A DNA stretch of 64,000 bases from the NCBI GenBank assembly GCA_965200155.1, contig CBDATR010000034.1, forward strand, positions 96,001-160,000, written 5' to 3'. The notes under the pieces were generated by a model that had not been told where the DNA came from, made no database searches, and saw only the letters and a program-made list of their open reading frames with translations. Origin of the DNA: Nitrosopumilaceae archaeon (lineage in GTDB: Archaea > Thermoproteota > Nitrososphaeria > Nitrososphaerales > Nitrosopumilaceae). Below, piece by piece: positions 41,424 through 52,147 of the stretch (position 1 is the first letter of the stretch; each line of letters begins with the position of its first letter). A program made the position numbers and the translations under genes.

Positions 41424-42302
41424 ATGCCCATAAACGAGTACGATGGTTCCATTATCGAGCTTATCGAAATACGCATGATACGCCCCTCCAAGTTCCCCGT
41501 AAGATACGCGGACCCCAAGGATTCTGATGAGAAACTATCACTAAAAGAGAGCATTAGAGAGCACGGCCTGCTCCAACCCATTGTAGTGCGCCCACTGGAT
41601 CACGGCTTCGAGGTAGTGGCAGGACATCGCAGGCTGGCCGCCTGCCGCTCATTACGGCACCAGTTCATCCAGTGCAAGATATGCGACCTCAGCGACCAGC
41701 ACGCCTACGAGATACAAATCATAGAAAACCTACAGCGCAAGACCCTGGACCCCATTGAGGAAGCCGAGGCATACCAGAAGTATGTCCTGGACTTTGGGTG
41801 GGGCGGCATCAAGGACCTGAGCAAGAAAATAGCAAAGAGCCAAGAGTACGTCTACCACCGAATGCAACTACTAAAGCTCCCGGACAGTGTCAAGACTCAT
41901 GTTGTCGACAAGAGAATGAGCGTCAGCCAGGCCTTGGAAATTGTGGGGGCGCCCGGTCCCAAGGAAGAATTAGTGGACAATATAGTCCAAAACAAGCTTA
42001 CCATAAGCCAGATACGCAAGCTAAAGAGTGACATGAATGCGGTAAAAAATGATGACAATGATAACAGTGTGGCGCGCCGCAGCCGGGAATCAGTATCACT
42101 GGAATCTCAAATAACAAAGCGCAACATTTTCGCCCTAAAGATAGCCCTATCAAGAGTGGATGACTTAATCGAGGATGCCCACGGCGCCAAAGATAACGAA
42201 AAGGCGCCAATCATCGAATTCCTCATGAACACCCGCAGGCAGCTTCATACCATGATAGATGAGACCATACGATTCGAAAAGAGTCGCCCCAAAAGAGCAT
42301 AA
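41424..42302 (+). CDS. ParB/Spo0J-family protein
   Basis: SIREHGLLQPIVVRP, VAGHRRL, IENLQRKTLDPIEEA. Confidence 0.88.
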   Translation: MPINEYDGSIIELIEIRMIRPSKFPVRYADPKDSDEKLSLKESIREHGLLQPIVVRPLDHGFEVVAGHRRLAACRSLRHQFIQCKICDLSDQHAYEIQIIENLQRKTLDPIEEAEAYQKYVLDFGWGGIKDLSKKIAKSQEYVYHRMQLLKLPDSVKTHVVDKRMSVSQALEIVGAPGPKEELVDNIVQNKLTISQIRKLKSDMNAVKNDDNDNSVARRSRESVSLESQITKRNIFALKIALSRVDDLIEDAHGAKDNEKAPIIEFLMNTRRQLHTMIDETIRFEKSRPKRA

Positions 42303-42304
42303 CC

Positions 42305-42838
42305 CTATCTTAGGAAGGGCGGACTCCACTCCGCCAGGAATCGCTTGTACTCGGCCTCCGTATATGATAACGCATACATGGATGCATCAGTCTGCGGGAC
42401 AAAGTCATAGACCTCATACGTCTGCAATATGTCGCCAAACAGATTCCGGTAAATATCATTCTCCTCAAAGGCCATCTCCCGGCTCAGAAATGACTTTACC
42501 GTTATCCAGTCATAGCCACCCAAGGTCTTTCCCGAGAACACTACAAAGGGGGCGTCATTCAGATATTTCTTGAGCCCCTCCAGCCTTTTGGGCAGTGCCT
42601 GGGAGCTGCGAAACTTCACCAAGTCAATGTACACCACTCTCCCCTTCACCTTCTTTGTATCGACAGATATGGTATAACCGCGAATCACCCCGTCATCCTC
42701 CATTCCTTTTATGCGGGACTCTATCTCGTCCTGTGGTATATTATATCCATAGCCCCGGAGAAAGTCCCATATAGCAAAGGGTTTCTGCCGGGAATCCTGA
42801 CTTAGCGCAGACAGTATTAAATCGTCTATCTTGTCCAT
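42305..42838 (-). CDS. Lrp/AsnC-family transcriptional regulator
   Basis: MDKIDDLILSALSQDSR...GVIRGYTISVD. Confidence 0.8.
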   Translation of the reverse strand: MDKIDDLILSALSQDSRQKPFAIWDFLRGYGYNIPQDEIESRIKGMEDDGVIRGYTISVDTKKVKGRVVYIDLVKFRSSQALPKRLEGLKKYLNDAPFVVFSGKTLGGYDWITVKSFLSREMAFEENDIYRNLFGDILQTYEVYDFVPQTDASMYALSYTEAEYKRFLAEWSPPFLR

Positions 42839-42910
42839 TTCATCATTCTATCATTATTTCCATTATTTAACCCGCGCAACTTAACTATAACATGGGAGTA
42901 ACAAAATGTC

Positions 42911-45211
42911 ATGTCCACAATACTCCCGGAGAGTATTGGGTATCTTGTTCTAGTAGGGATGGGCCTACTCATGGTGGTAGCCGTCACGCTACTGGTAAAA
43001 ATAGAGACAAAGTGGCTGGGAACCAGAAAGACATCCGAGTGGTTCTATACCGCGGGCAGGACAATAAAGACCGGTTTAATCGCGTCATCAGTAGTATCTG
43101 CATGGACCTGGGCGGCCACATTACTGCAGTCATCGACTGTAACATACGAGTTCGGCATTGCAGGCTCCTTCTGGTATGCGGCCGGGGCCAGCATACAGGT
43201 AATACTGTTCTCCATACTGGCCATAGAACTGAAACGAAAAGCGCCCATGACACATACATTTCCGGAGATGCTATACGTCAGATACGGGAGACACTCCCAC
43301 AAGGTCTTTCTCTTCTTTGCGCTCATGACAAATACCATAGTCACCGCCATGTTGGCACTGGGAGGGGCAGCGGTGGTAAGCTCGCTCACCGGTATCGACA
43401 TATTCCTGGCGGCATTTCTACTACCCGTAGGTGTTATAGCCTATACCATATTCGGCGGGCTCAAGGCCACATTCTTTGCCGAATACATTAACGCCGGTTT
43501 CATATTTGTCGTAATACTGGTATTTGTATCGGTCATTTACTTCCAGAGTCCCGAGATAGGGGGCGTCACGGGCATGTACGAGCGACTTAGTACCGCGGCC
43601 ATACTGAACCCGGTCGCGGGCAATGCAATGGGAAGTTTCCTTACACTGGCGTCGGTAGGAGCCCTGGTATTTGGCGTGATAAATATTGTGGGCAATTTCG
43701 GCACGGTCTTTGTTGATCAGTCCTACTGGCAGAGGGCAATTGCCACCCGGCCCAAGTCTGCCACGGGCGGTTTTATAATCGGAGGCCTGGCATGGTTTGC
43801 CATTCCCTTTGCATTAGCTACAACACTGGGACTGGCGGCCATAGCCATTGATGTCCCGCTAACACAGGACCAGATTGGCCAGGGATTGGTGGCACCAACC
43901 GCGGCGGCCATACTCATGGGGGACTTGGGAGCAATTCTTATCATATCGATCGTATTTACTGCCGTAACGGCCGCCGGCTCATCACAACTAATCAGCGTCT
44001 CATCGCTGGTAACTTATGACATATTCAGGACGTACATCAAGCCCTCGGCCACGGGCCGCCAGCTCATACAAGTATCACGATATGCCATACTGGTATTCGG
44101 GCTTGGCATGGGCGGCCTGGCATCCATACTATTCCAGCTGGGCGTCTCATTACAGTATGTCTATTTAATGATGGGCGTGCTTATCGGCTCCGCGGTAGCG
44201 CCCATATCACTGTCCATATTGTGGTCAAAGACAAACAGATACGCAGCTACCGGCGGGGCCATCACAGGACTGGTGGGCGGCATCATATCATGGATCATGA
44301 CTGCAATGATTCTGTTCGGGGAGATAACCATAGCCAGTACCGGCTCTATCATACCATTGCTGGTGGGAAATATTACATCCATTATGGCCAGTTTAGCGAT
44401 AACGGTGGGCGGCAGTATTTCAAGGCCGGACAAGTTCGATTACCGCGCCCTGAAACAGAGAATACTAGTGGTAGATGACAAGATACGTTCCCTATTAGAG
44501 CAGGACAGCGACGAGAAGATGCTCAGTCAAGCGTCCCGCGTATGCAAGCAGAGGGGACTGAGTATTGCCATAATACTGGTGATAGTGTGGCCCATGCCAT
44601 TGTTTCTGAGCGGCTATGTCTTTACGTTACAGTCATTTATGATATGGGTATGGCTCGCCATAACATGGATTGTTAGCGCCGCCGGGGCCGTTATAATACT
44701 GCCCGCCTGGGAGGCGCGCCACAGCATTAAAGCGATATTCAATCATCCTGCAGAACAGGCTGGCGATACCAGTCATGATGACTCGGATCTGGACGGGCAG
44801 CCAATCATCAAGGTACTGGTCCCAGTTGACGGCTCTACAAGATCCCTGCAGGCCCTGAATGGGGCGCACTATCTTTTGCGGGGCTCGATTGGCGTGCGAC
44901 TATACCTGTTACATGTCCTGGAGTGGCCGGACAGTGATGACTCCCAGAATGATGACGTCCTGAGTATGCGTATGCTAAAGGAGGGAAAGATGATTCTTGG
45001 CAGTGTTACCGTTCCGCAGGAGGCCGCAGGAGTCCGAAGGATAGTAAAGATGGGAGACCCACCCACAAAGATTACCGAGGTCGCGAACAACCTCAATGTG
45101 GACTTGATAGTCATGGGCAGGCGCGGGCTGGGGAACACTATAAATCCGCTGGGCCATGTAACCATGAAGGTGATACAAATGTCTCCCCGGCCCATTGCAC
45201 TGCTGGACTAG
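42911..45211 (+). CDS. Dur3-type sodium:solute (urea) transporter with C-terminal universal stress protein domain
   Basis: VSAWTWAATLLQS, GNFGTVFVDQSYWQRAIA; C-terminal VLVPVDGS...DLIVMGRRG. Confidence 0.88.
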   Translation: MSTILPESIGYLVLVGMGLLMVVAVTLLVKIETKWLGTRKTSEWFYTAGRTIKTGLIASSVVSAWTWAATLLQSSTVTYEFGIAGSFWYAAGASIQVILFSILAIELKRKAPMTHTFPEMLYVRYGRHSHKVFLFFALMTNTIVTAMLALGGAAVVSSLTGIDIFLAAFLLPVGVIAYTIFGGLKATFFAEYINAGFIFVVILVFVSVIYFQSPEIGGVTGMYERLSTAAILNPVAGNAMGSFLTLASVGALVFGVINIVGNFGTVFVDQSYWQRAIATRPKSATGGFIIGGLAWFAIPFALATTLGLAAIAIDVPLTQDQIGQGLVAPTAAAILMGDLGAILIISIVFTAVTAAGSSQLISVSSLVTYDIFRTYIKPSATGRQLIQVSRYAILVFGLGMGGLASILFQLGVSLQYVYLMMGVLIGSAVAPISLSILWSKTNRYAATGGAITGLVGGIISWIMTAMILFGEITIASTGSIIPLLVGNITSIMASLAITVGGSISRPDKFDYRALKQRILVVDDKIRSLLEQDSDEKMLSQASRVCKQRGLSIAIILVIVWPMPLFLSGYVFTLQSFMIWVWLAITWIVSAAGAVIILPAWEARHSIKAIFNHPAEQAGDTSHDDSDLDGQPIIKVLVPVDGSTRSLQALNGAHYLLRGSIGVRLYLLHVLEWPDSDDSQNDDVLSMRMLKEGKMILGSVTVPQEAAGVRRIVKMGDPPTKITEVANNLNVDLIVMGRRGLGNTINPLGHVTMKVIQMSPRPIALLD

Positions 45212-45837
45212 TGTTTATCAAACAGGACGTCCTGTATTATGTATCGTGCCATGTCATTTATGCCGGTGTCATTTTTGCAGTTGGTCATGAGAAATGGCCG
45301 CTCCCCCCTCATTTTATGAGCATCATCTTTCATTACGTTCAAGCTGGCTCCCACATGTGGCGCCAGGTCAATCTTGTTTATTACAAGCAAGTCACAGCTC
45401 TGTATTCCCAGCCCGCCCTTTCGGGGGTACTTGTCTCCACCGGCCACATCAATGACATAAATGAAATAGTCCGCTAATAATGGGCTAAAGGTTGTGGTAA
45501 TATTGTCGCCGCCGCTCTCTATTATTATGATATCTATCTCCGGGTGATCCGACTCCATCTGCTCTATTACAGCAATATTCATGGAGGGATCCTCCCGAAT
45601 GGCCGTATGGGGACATCCTCCTGTAGCAACGCCTATCACCAAATCCTCAGATACTATGCCCTGGTTCCCTGCCAGATTGGTTCTAATACGGTCCGCGTCT
45701 TCCTTTGATACTACGTCATTGGATATGATGCCTGCGCGGAAACCCTTCCGTACAAGGACTGGTACCAGCCGCTCTATTATCATGCTCTTTCCGGAACCGA
45801 CCGGCCCGCCTATTCCAATACGGGGAATTGGGGACAT
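45208..45837 (-). CDS. ureG: Urease accessory GTPase
   Basis: GGPVGSGKS, TGGCPHTAIRED, ESGGDN, PRKGGLG, INKID. Confidence 0.95.
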   Translation of the reverse strand: MSPIPRIGIGGPVGSGKSMIIERLVPVLVRKGFRAGIISNDVVSKEDADRIRTNLAGNQGIVSEDLVIGVATGGCPHTAIREDPSMNIAVIEQMESDHPEIDIIIIESGGDNITTTFSPLLADYFIYVIDVAGGDKYPRKGGLGIQSCDLLVINKIDLAPHVGASLNVMKDDAHKMRGERPFLMTNCKNDTGINDMARYIIQDVLFDKH

Positions 45838-45989
45838 TACGTATGTTTTCTGTTACATGTTGTATATGAATATGATATTTTTACTTGATACATGATAAGC
45901 CCTGTAGTGTATGTCCGGCTTTGGTATGCACAACTAGTTCTCCTGCGCCTAAATTTACTGAATGGTTGTGTATTTGGTAATGGAATAGT

Positions 45990-46531
45990 AGACCGTATGC
46001 GCAGAATCACTTCTCCCACCCTGCACATCTAAACCATATTGTTAGATACGAGCAATTGACCTAATATCATGGGTTATCCCACACAGACTCGTGTGAAACA
46101 GAAAAGTTAAGATCTAATTTTGTAGTACCAGGTATGCTAAAAGCAGAACTCACCAAGGAGCAGTTAGTCAGAGTACAACCGGATACACACCGAGTCTGAG
46201 GCCGAAGTAACAAACCTGCACGCCAAACTTGAAGCTCAAACAAAGAATGCCCTCGTTTCAAATCTTGATGATATCATAGAACGCAAGGATCAGCTTCATT
46301 CCCTGACCGGATGCACCCCGGAAGAGTTCAAATGGATACTAATCAGATTCACAGAATACGTAGAGTCCCTGGAAGGCGATGATGCACGGCGATTCTTAGA
46401 ACTTACAAATGATCGCGGCCATGTGAACAAATTTCCGGTCAGGCATGTACTCTTAGTTACACTGATACGCCTGCGCTGCAACACAAAGCAGGAGCTTCTT
46501 GCTGCAATACTCAAGATAAACCAGTCAAACA
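45990..46531 (+). mobile_element. IS5-family (ISL2-type) left fragment
   Basis: Near-identical to 39542-40084. Confidence 0.85.
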
Positions 46532-46632
46532 GTATGAGTTCACGTCTTCCGGAATCTTATGCACAAATCACATTAACTAGAACAACCTGTTCCATCAGTT
46601 ATGCGTAAATTTAGACACAGGTGAACTCATAC
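46532..46632 (+). mobile_element. MITE family A (101-bp type), no TSD
   Basis: TIRs; flanks differ. Confidence 0.92.
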
Positions 46633-46828
46633 CTCACACGTTCCTTGTGATGTACAAGATCTTTCTTGGTAGCCGCAAGGGTATCCTGAAGAATCTGATT
46701 TTCCAGTTCCAATTCCTTATAGGACCGGCGCCTTCTTATTAGATTCTTATTGCAAATTTGGTATTTAAGCAAAATATTGTCATACCAATCTATATCTTAG
46801 TGAATGATCAAAACACGTGAACTCATAC
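46633..46828 (-). mobile_element. Left-end fragment of the IS66 element
   Basis: Reverse complement matches 36969-37165 including TIR. Confidence 0.85.
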
Positions 46829-47000
46829 CCAGGGATTCCTACTGGCACTACATAAAAAACCCACAAGATATAGAAAAATCAATCCCCATAATCAAAGTCT
46901 ATCAGATTAAATTTGGACAGTAGCCAAAAACAACATGGCCAATCATGGTGACAAAACAGGCATAGGGAAACTAGTTCCCTGCAAATTATGAAAAATATCT

Positions 47001-47846
47001 TTATCTCTCTATGGGAGCGCCAATGGCGTTTCCCCACTCGGTCCATGAACCGTCATAGTTCACTACTGTTGGATAGCCCAACAAATACTTGAGAACAAGC
47101 CAGGTATGAGATGATCTCTCACCTATCCTACAGTACGTTATGACATTCTTGTCGGGAGTCACTCCTGCATCACGATACAGTTTGGAGAGATCATCGGCAC
47201 TCTTGAATGTGCCATCTTTCTCGTTTACCGCCTTTAGCCAAGGAATGTTGGTAGCTCCAGGTATGTGGCCTGCCCTCTGGGCGCTCTCCGTAGGATACTC
47301 ACCCGGCGCCGATATCAAACCCTGAAACTCCGGCGGGGACCGCACATCCACCAATTGCATGTACTCGTTACTTAGTGACTCTGTGATATCCTTGCGTAAT
47401 ACCCTCAGCTCCGGTGATGGATTAGTCACTTCATACTCTGTGGGGCTAATCTGTGGTGAAACAGTATCATATGACCTTCCTTCCAGTTCCCACTTCGTTC
47501 GTCCGCCATTCATTATACGGACATCCTTGTGGCCATATATCTTGAATACCCACAACGCAAAGGTTGCAAACCAGTTGTGAAAGTCCCCATACAGTATAAC
47601 AGTAGTATCGGGCGTAATGCCACACTTGGACATGAGCGCTTCAAACTGTTCCTGACCAACTATATCTCTAGTAGCATTATCATTGATATCATCTTTCCAT
47701 GAAATCAGACTGGCTCCCGGCACATGACCTTTGTCATAGGCAGCTTGTGGGTCATAATCCACCTCGACTATCCGTAGGTTCTCGCCTAGTGTCTGGGTGG
47801 CGACCCATTGTGTATCTACAAGTATTTCTGGCGTAGCATATTTCAT
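47001..47846 (-). CDS. Tandem-rhodanese sulfurtransferase
   Basis: GHVPGA, LVDVRS, GHIPGA, YCRIGERSSH, YDGSWTEW. Confidence 0.93.
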   Translation of the reverse strand: MKYATPEILVDTQWVATQTLGENLRIVEVDYDPQAAYDKGHVPGASLISWKDDINDNATRDIVGQEQFEALMSKCGITPDTTVILYGDFHNWFATFALWVFKIYGHKDVRIMNGGRTKWELEGRSYDTVSPQISPTEYEVTNPSPELRVLRKDITESLSNEYMQLVDVRSPPEFQGLISAPGEYPTESAQRAGHIPGATNIPWLKAVNEKDGTFKSADDLSKLYRDAGVTPDKNVITYCRIGERSSHTWLVLKYLLGYPTVVNYDGSWTEWGNAIGAPIER

Positions 47847-47889
47847 ACCTAGTCACACGGTGGCTACAATATAATTCTTCTAGGCAATC

Positions 47890-48013
47890 ATAACCGTTTA
47901 GGACACTCCTAGACAACCGCTCAAAATACACCGCGAACACATCCATTCTTGCTTTTCTATCTTACATATGCCCGCGGATTTATCGTCTAGATTTACGCGA
48001 CCTAAACGGTTAC
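47890..48013. mobile_element. MITE family B (about 124 bp)
   Basis: taaccgtttaggacac ... gcgacctaaacggttac; similar to 15466-15599. Confidence 0.7.
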
Positions 48014-48230
48014 AATCATGGTTATTCCAGTTTGAGGCGCGTATATGATGAATTACAAAATTTAGTAAATCTCCCATCGAATCTACCCCATCGAATGGAC
48101 TACGGTCATGTTACTCTCATATAAGATTGGTATCACAGTTGCCGGTAAGGCAAATCATTGCCTCAATGAATGACAACCTAAAACCGTTCCCACACTAAAA
48201 TATTAATTCAGCCAGAAAACCATACCACAC

Positions 48231-49418
48231 ATGACAATAGGAGTATTGGCCTTCTCCGGCGGACTGGACACATCAGTGGTAGTCAAGTATCTACAAGAAG
48301 AGCACGGCATGGACGTAATTACCGTAACCGTAGACGTAGGGCAGGGCGAGGATTACAAGGATATAGATGCCAAATCCAGGGCTCTTGGTACCATAAAACA
48401 TTACACCATTGATGCTCGAAAAGAGTTTGTCACCAATTACATTCATCCGGCCATACGCGCCAACGCCCTGTACCAAGGCAAATACTGTCTTGCGACGGCA
48501 CTGGCCAGACCCCTCATAGCGCACAAGGTTCTGGAAATAGCAAAAAAAGAGGGGGCGACGGCACTGGCTCACGGCTGTTCGGGCAAGGGCAATGACCAGG
48601 TACGATTTGACCTAACATTCAGGTCAGGCTCGGACTTGCCCATAATAGCGCCCATACGCAGCAAGAACCTGGACCGCCCCGCCGAAATAACCTATGCCGA
48701 AAAGCACGGCATACACCTGGATACGGTAGCAAGACAGTTCAGTATTGATCAGAACCTGTGGGGCCGCGCCATAGAGGGCGGTGTCCTGGAGGATGCCTTT
48801 GCAGAGCCACCCCAGGACGCATTCATCTGGACAAAAACAGGTAATTTTCCTGACACGCCCACATATACCGAGATAACATTCCGTGAGGGCATTCCCATAG
48901 CGGTGGATAACCAGGACATGGACCCCGTACATATCATCGAGTACCTGAATAGAATGGCAGGGGAAGCGGGCATTGGCATTATAGACCACATCGAGGACCG
49001 CGCCGTCGGCCTCAAGTCCAGGGAGGTATACGAGACACCCGCGGCCACCTGCCTTATAGAGGCGCATTCTGATCTGGAAAAGATGGTTCATACAATACAC
49101 CAGAGTAGAATGAAGAGAATGATGGACGATGAGTGGGCACGATTAGTATACCTGGGGTTATGGGATGAGCCACTGCGCCGCAACATTGATGCCTGTATCC
49201 ATGACATGCAGAATGTAGTCTCAGGAAAAGTCAGACTCAAGATGTACTGCGGGGCACTAAGAGTAGTGGGCCGCCAGTCACCATACTCCATGTACAACAG
49301 GAGTGTGGCCACGTATGGCTCTGACTCCACCTTTGATCAGAGAATGGCCACCGGTTTTGTAGAGTTGTGGGGCGCACAATCCGCAGAAGCCAATCGCATA
49401 CAGAACAGGGTGGAGTAA
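48231..49418 (+). CDS. argG: Argininosuccinate synthase
   Basis: AFSGGLDTS, AHGCSGKGNDQVRF, SIDQNLWGRAIEGG, KSREVYE. Confidence 0.95.
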   Translation: MTIGVLAFSGGLDTSVVVKYLQEEHGMDVITVTVDVGQGEDYKDIDAKSRALGTIKHYTIDARKEFVTNYIHPAIRANALYQGKYCLATALARPLIAHKVLEIAKKEGATALAHGCSGKGNDQVRFDLTFRSGSDLPIIAPIRSKNLDRPAEITYAEKHGIHLDTVARQFSIDQNLWGRAIEGGVLEDAFAEPPQDAFIWTKTGNFPDTPTYTEITFREGIPIAVDNQDMDPVHIIEYLNRMAGEAGIGIIDHIEDRAVGLKSREVYETPAATCLIEAHSDLEKMVHTIHQSRMKRMMDDEWARLVYLGLWDEPLRRNIDACIHDMQNVVSGKVRLKMYCGALRVVGRQSPYSMYNRSVATYGSDSTFDQRMATGFVELWGAQSAEANRIQNRVE

Positions 49419-50267
49419 TTGTCACGACTGTGCATAGCATATGACATGATGCGGGCCGAAGAAAAGATGCTAAGCAAGGCAGTTACCGCTCTTGGCCATG
49501 ACATACACATGCTGGATGTCAAGGAGAGGCAGACCAGCACACTGGATAGAACGCCAAACATAGGTCATGTAGTACTGGAACGCTGCGTCAGTTATTACCG
49601 TGGCCTGCACTTTACGGCGTATCTGGAATTCATGGATGTACCGGTCATAAACCGGTTTGACGTAGCCATACTATGTGGCAACAAGATGTTTGTCACGCTA
49701 AAACTAAAGAAGCACAACATACCGACGCCTGAAACCAGCTTTGCATTCTCCGGCGATACTGCAAAATCAGTCATGGACCAGCATGGTTACCCCAAGGTAA
49801 TCAAGCCCGTGGTAGGCAGCTGGGGCCGGGGAGTCATGCCACTCCGGGATGTAGATACACTGGATGCCATAATCGAGATACGCAAGGTAACTGACACGCC
49901 CCTGGACCGCATATACTACTTGCAGGACATGATAAAGAGGCCGGACCGGGACATTCGTGTCATAACGGTAGGCGACACACCAATAGCCGCCATGTACCGC
50001 TCATCCAAGGGCTTTCGTACAAATGTCTCCGCGGGAGGAGACCCCCAACCATGTGATCATACAGGTGAGATTGGCGAGATAGCCGCGCGCGCGTCCCGGG
50101 CCGTTGGGGGGGGCATACTGGGCATAGACATGATGGAGGATTCGGACCGGGGCATCGTAGTTCACGAGATAAACAATACGGTAGAATTCCGGGGCATATC
50201 CAAGGTGGCCAAGACCGACATTGCGCAAGAAATGGTTCAATACGCACTGAGTCATGTTAGGAAATAA
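49419..50267 (+). CDS. lysX: LysW-dependent ATP-grasp ligase (LysX/ArgX)
   Basis: VIKPVVGSWGRG, RDIRV, FRTNV, HEINNTVEF. Confidence 0.88.
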   Translation: MSRLCIAYDMMRAEEKMLSKAVTALGHDIHMLDVKERQTSTLDRTPNIGHVVLERCVSYYRGLHFTAYLEFMDVPVINRFDVAILCGNKMFVTLKLKKHNIPTPETSFAFSGDTAKSVMDQHGYPKVIKPVVGSWGRGVMPLRDVDTLDAIIEIRKVTDTPLDRIYYLQDMIKRPDRDIRVITVGDTPIAAMYRSSKGFRTNVSAGGDPQPCDHTGEIGEIAARASRAVGGGILGIDMMEDSDRGIVVHEINNTVEFRGISKVAKTDIAQEMVQYALSHVRK

Positions 50268-50295
50268 ATTATACCCATAGCGTACTCTTGGTATC

Positions 50296-51345
50296 ATGAA
50301 TGTTGGTGTAGTGGGAGCGTCCGGATATGTAGGCGGCGAGACATTAAGACTGTTGGTGAATCACCCCAAGGTGGACATAACCATGGTCACGTCCCGGCAG
50401 CACGTGGGCCAGTACCTGCACCGCATACAGCCCAGCCTCAAGGGATTCACGGATTTGACCTTCTCGGTTCTTGACTATGACCGCATGAGTGACCGGTGCG
50501 ACCTGGTTATTGTGGCAGTCCCCCACGGCTCCGCGACGGACATATCAAAGGCGTTCTATGACAGGGGCGTAAAGGTAATAGATCTCAGTGCCGACTATCG
50601 TCTGCACAATCCTGAGGCATACCAGAAATGGTACGGATGGAAGCACCCATATCCTGAGTATCTGGAAAAGTCGGTATTTGGCATACCGGAACTGCACAGG
50701 GACGATATCAAGAATGCCAGCATGGTATCCTGTCCCGGATGCATGGCTGTCACATCCATACTGGCACTTGCCCCCCTCATACGGAATGATGTCATAGACA
50801 AGGAGCATATTGTCGTAGACTCAAAGATTGGCTCGTCCGGTGCGGGATCAGGTTCCGGTACGGCTCACGCCATGCGTGCCGGTGTCATTCGGCCCTACAA
50901 GCCCTCAAAGCACAGGCACACTGGCGAGATAGAGCAGGAGCTCAGCCAGATAGCGGGCTCGGACATACGGGTATCCATGAGTCCCCATGCCGTAGATGTG
51001 GTACGGGGCATATTATGCACTAATCACACATTCTTAAAAGATGACAGTATAGATGAAAAGGCGCTTTGGCGCATGTACAGGGGTGCATACAGTAATGAAA
51101 GGTTTGTGCGTCTCATACGGGACAAGAATGGGCTGTACAAATTCCCTGACCCCAAGTTCCTGGTAGGCTCCAACTTTTGTGACATTGGCTTTGATATTGA
51201 TCCTGATAATAACCGTCTCATACTGTTATCGGCATCAGACAACCTGATGAAGGGCGCCGCTGGTTCAGCCATACAGAATCTCAACGTCATGTGCGGGTTT
51301 GACGAGAGTGATGGGCTACAGTATACCCCGCTAACGCCGGTGTGA
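50296..51345 (+). CDS. argC: N-acetyl/LysW-gamma-glutamyl-phosphate reductase (ArgC/LysY)
   Basis: GASGYVGGE, DLSADYRL, PGC, DNLMKGAAG. Confidence 0.9.
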   Translation: MNVGVVGASGYVGGETLRLLVNHPKVDITMVTSRQHVGQYLHRIQPSLKGFTDLTFSVLDYDRMSDRCDLVIVAVPHGSATDISKAFYDRGVKVIDLSADYRLHNPEAYQKWYGWKHPYPEYLEKSVFGIPELHRDDIKNASMVSCPGCMAVTSILALAPLIRNDVIDKEHIVVDSKIGSSGAGSGSGTAHAMRAGVIRPYKPSKHRHTGEIEQELSQIAGSDIRVSMSPHAVDVVRGILCTNHTFLKDDSIDEKALWRMYRGAYSNERFVRLIRDKNGLYKFPDPKFLVGSNFCDIGFDIDPDNNRLILLSASDNLMKGAAGSAIQNLNVMCGFDESDGLQYTPLTPV

Positions 51346-51346
51346 C

Positions 51347-52147
51347 ATGTACGTCATAAAGGTGGGGGGCAGTATTGTAGATGGCCTTCACCCCTCTTTT
51401 GTGAATGACATTAGTGACATGGCCGAAAGCGGCCTTATCATAGTGCACGGCGGGGGCAAGGAGGTCACAAAAGTGTGCGGGGAGCTGGGCAAGGAGCCCC
51501 GCTTTGTGACATCACCCAGCGGCATACGCAGCCGCTATACGGACATGGAGACAGCAGAGATATTCACCATGGTTATGTCAGGGCGTATCAACCAGCGCAT
51601 CGTGCGCATGCTGCAAAAGAGCGGCATAAATGCAGTTGGAATGGCGGGCGCAGATGCGGCCATAATAAGGGCTACACGCAAAAAGCGTCTCTTAATAATG
51701 AATGAGAGGGGCCGCCCTCAGGCCATAGACGGCGGGTATACCGGTCGCATTACAGAGGTGAATAACCAGTTTCTCCGCGTAATAATGGATAACGGCATGA
51801 TACCGGTAGTCTCGCCGGTAGCCCTTAGTGAGGAGTACCAGTCACTGAATGTGGACGGCGACAGGGCCGCGGCCTATGTGGCGGGCGCCACCAATGCGGA
51901 CACCGTCATATTCGTTACTAATGTTGATGGACTGATGATGGATGACTCCCTGGTTTCGAGCCTGACACTCGAGGAGGCAAAGAGCATACGGCCAAAGGTC
52001 GGTGCCGGCATGGAAAAGAAGATACTGGCAGCTACTGAGGCCCTGGACATGGGTGTACGCCGGGCCATAATAGCGTCCGGAATGCACGAGAATCCCCTAA
52101 AGAGGGCGCTGTCACAGAAGAATTGTACGGTGATTCAGAATGGGTGA
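51347..52147 (+). CDS. lysZ: LysW-aminoadipate/glutamate kinase (LysZ/ArgB)
   Basis: IKVGGS, VHGGG, SPSGIRSRYTD, GGYTGRI, LNVDGDRAA. Confidence 0.88.
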   Translation: MYVIKVGGSIVDGLHPSFVNDISDMAESGLIIVHGGGKEVTKVCGELGKEPRFVTSPSGIRSRYTDMETAEIFTMVMSGRINQRIVRMLQKSGINAVGMAGADAAIIRATRKKRLLIMNERGRPQAIDGGYTGRITEVNNQFLRVIMDNGMIPVVSPVALSEEYQSLNVDGDRAAAYVAGATNADTVIFVTNVDGLMMDDSLVSSLTLEEAKSIRPKVGAGMEKKILAATEALDMGVRRAIIASGMHENPLKRALSQKNCTVIQNG

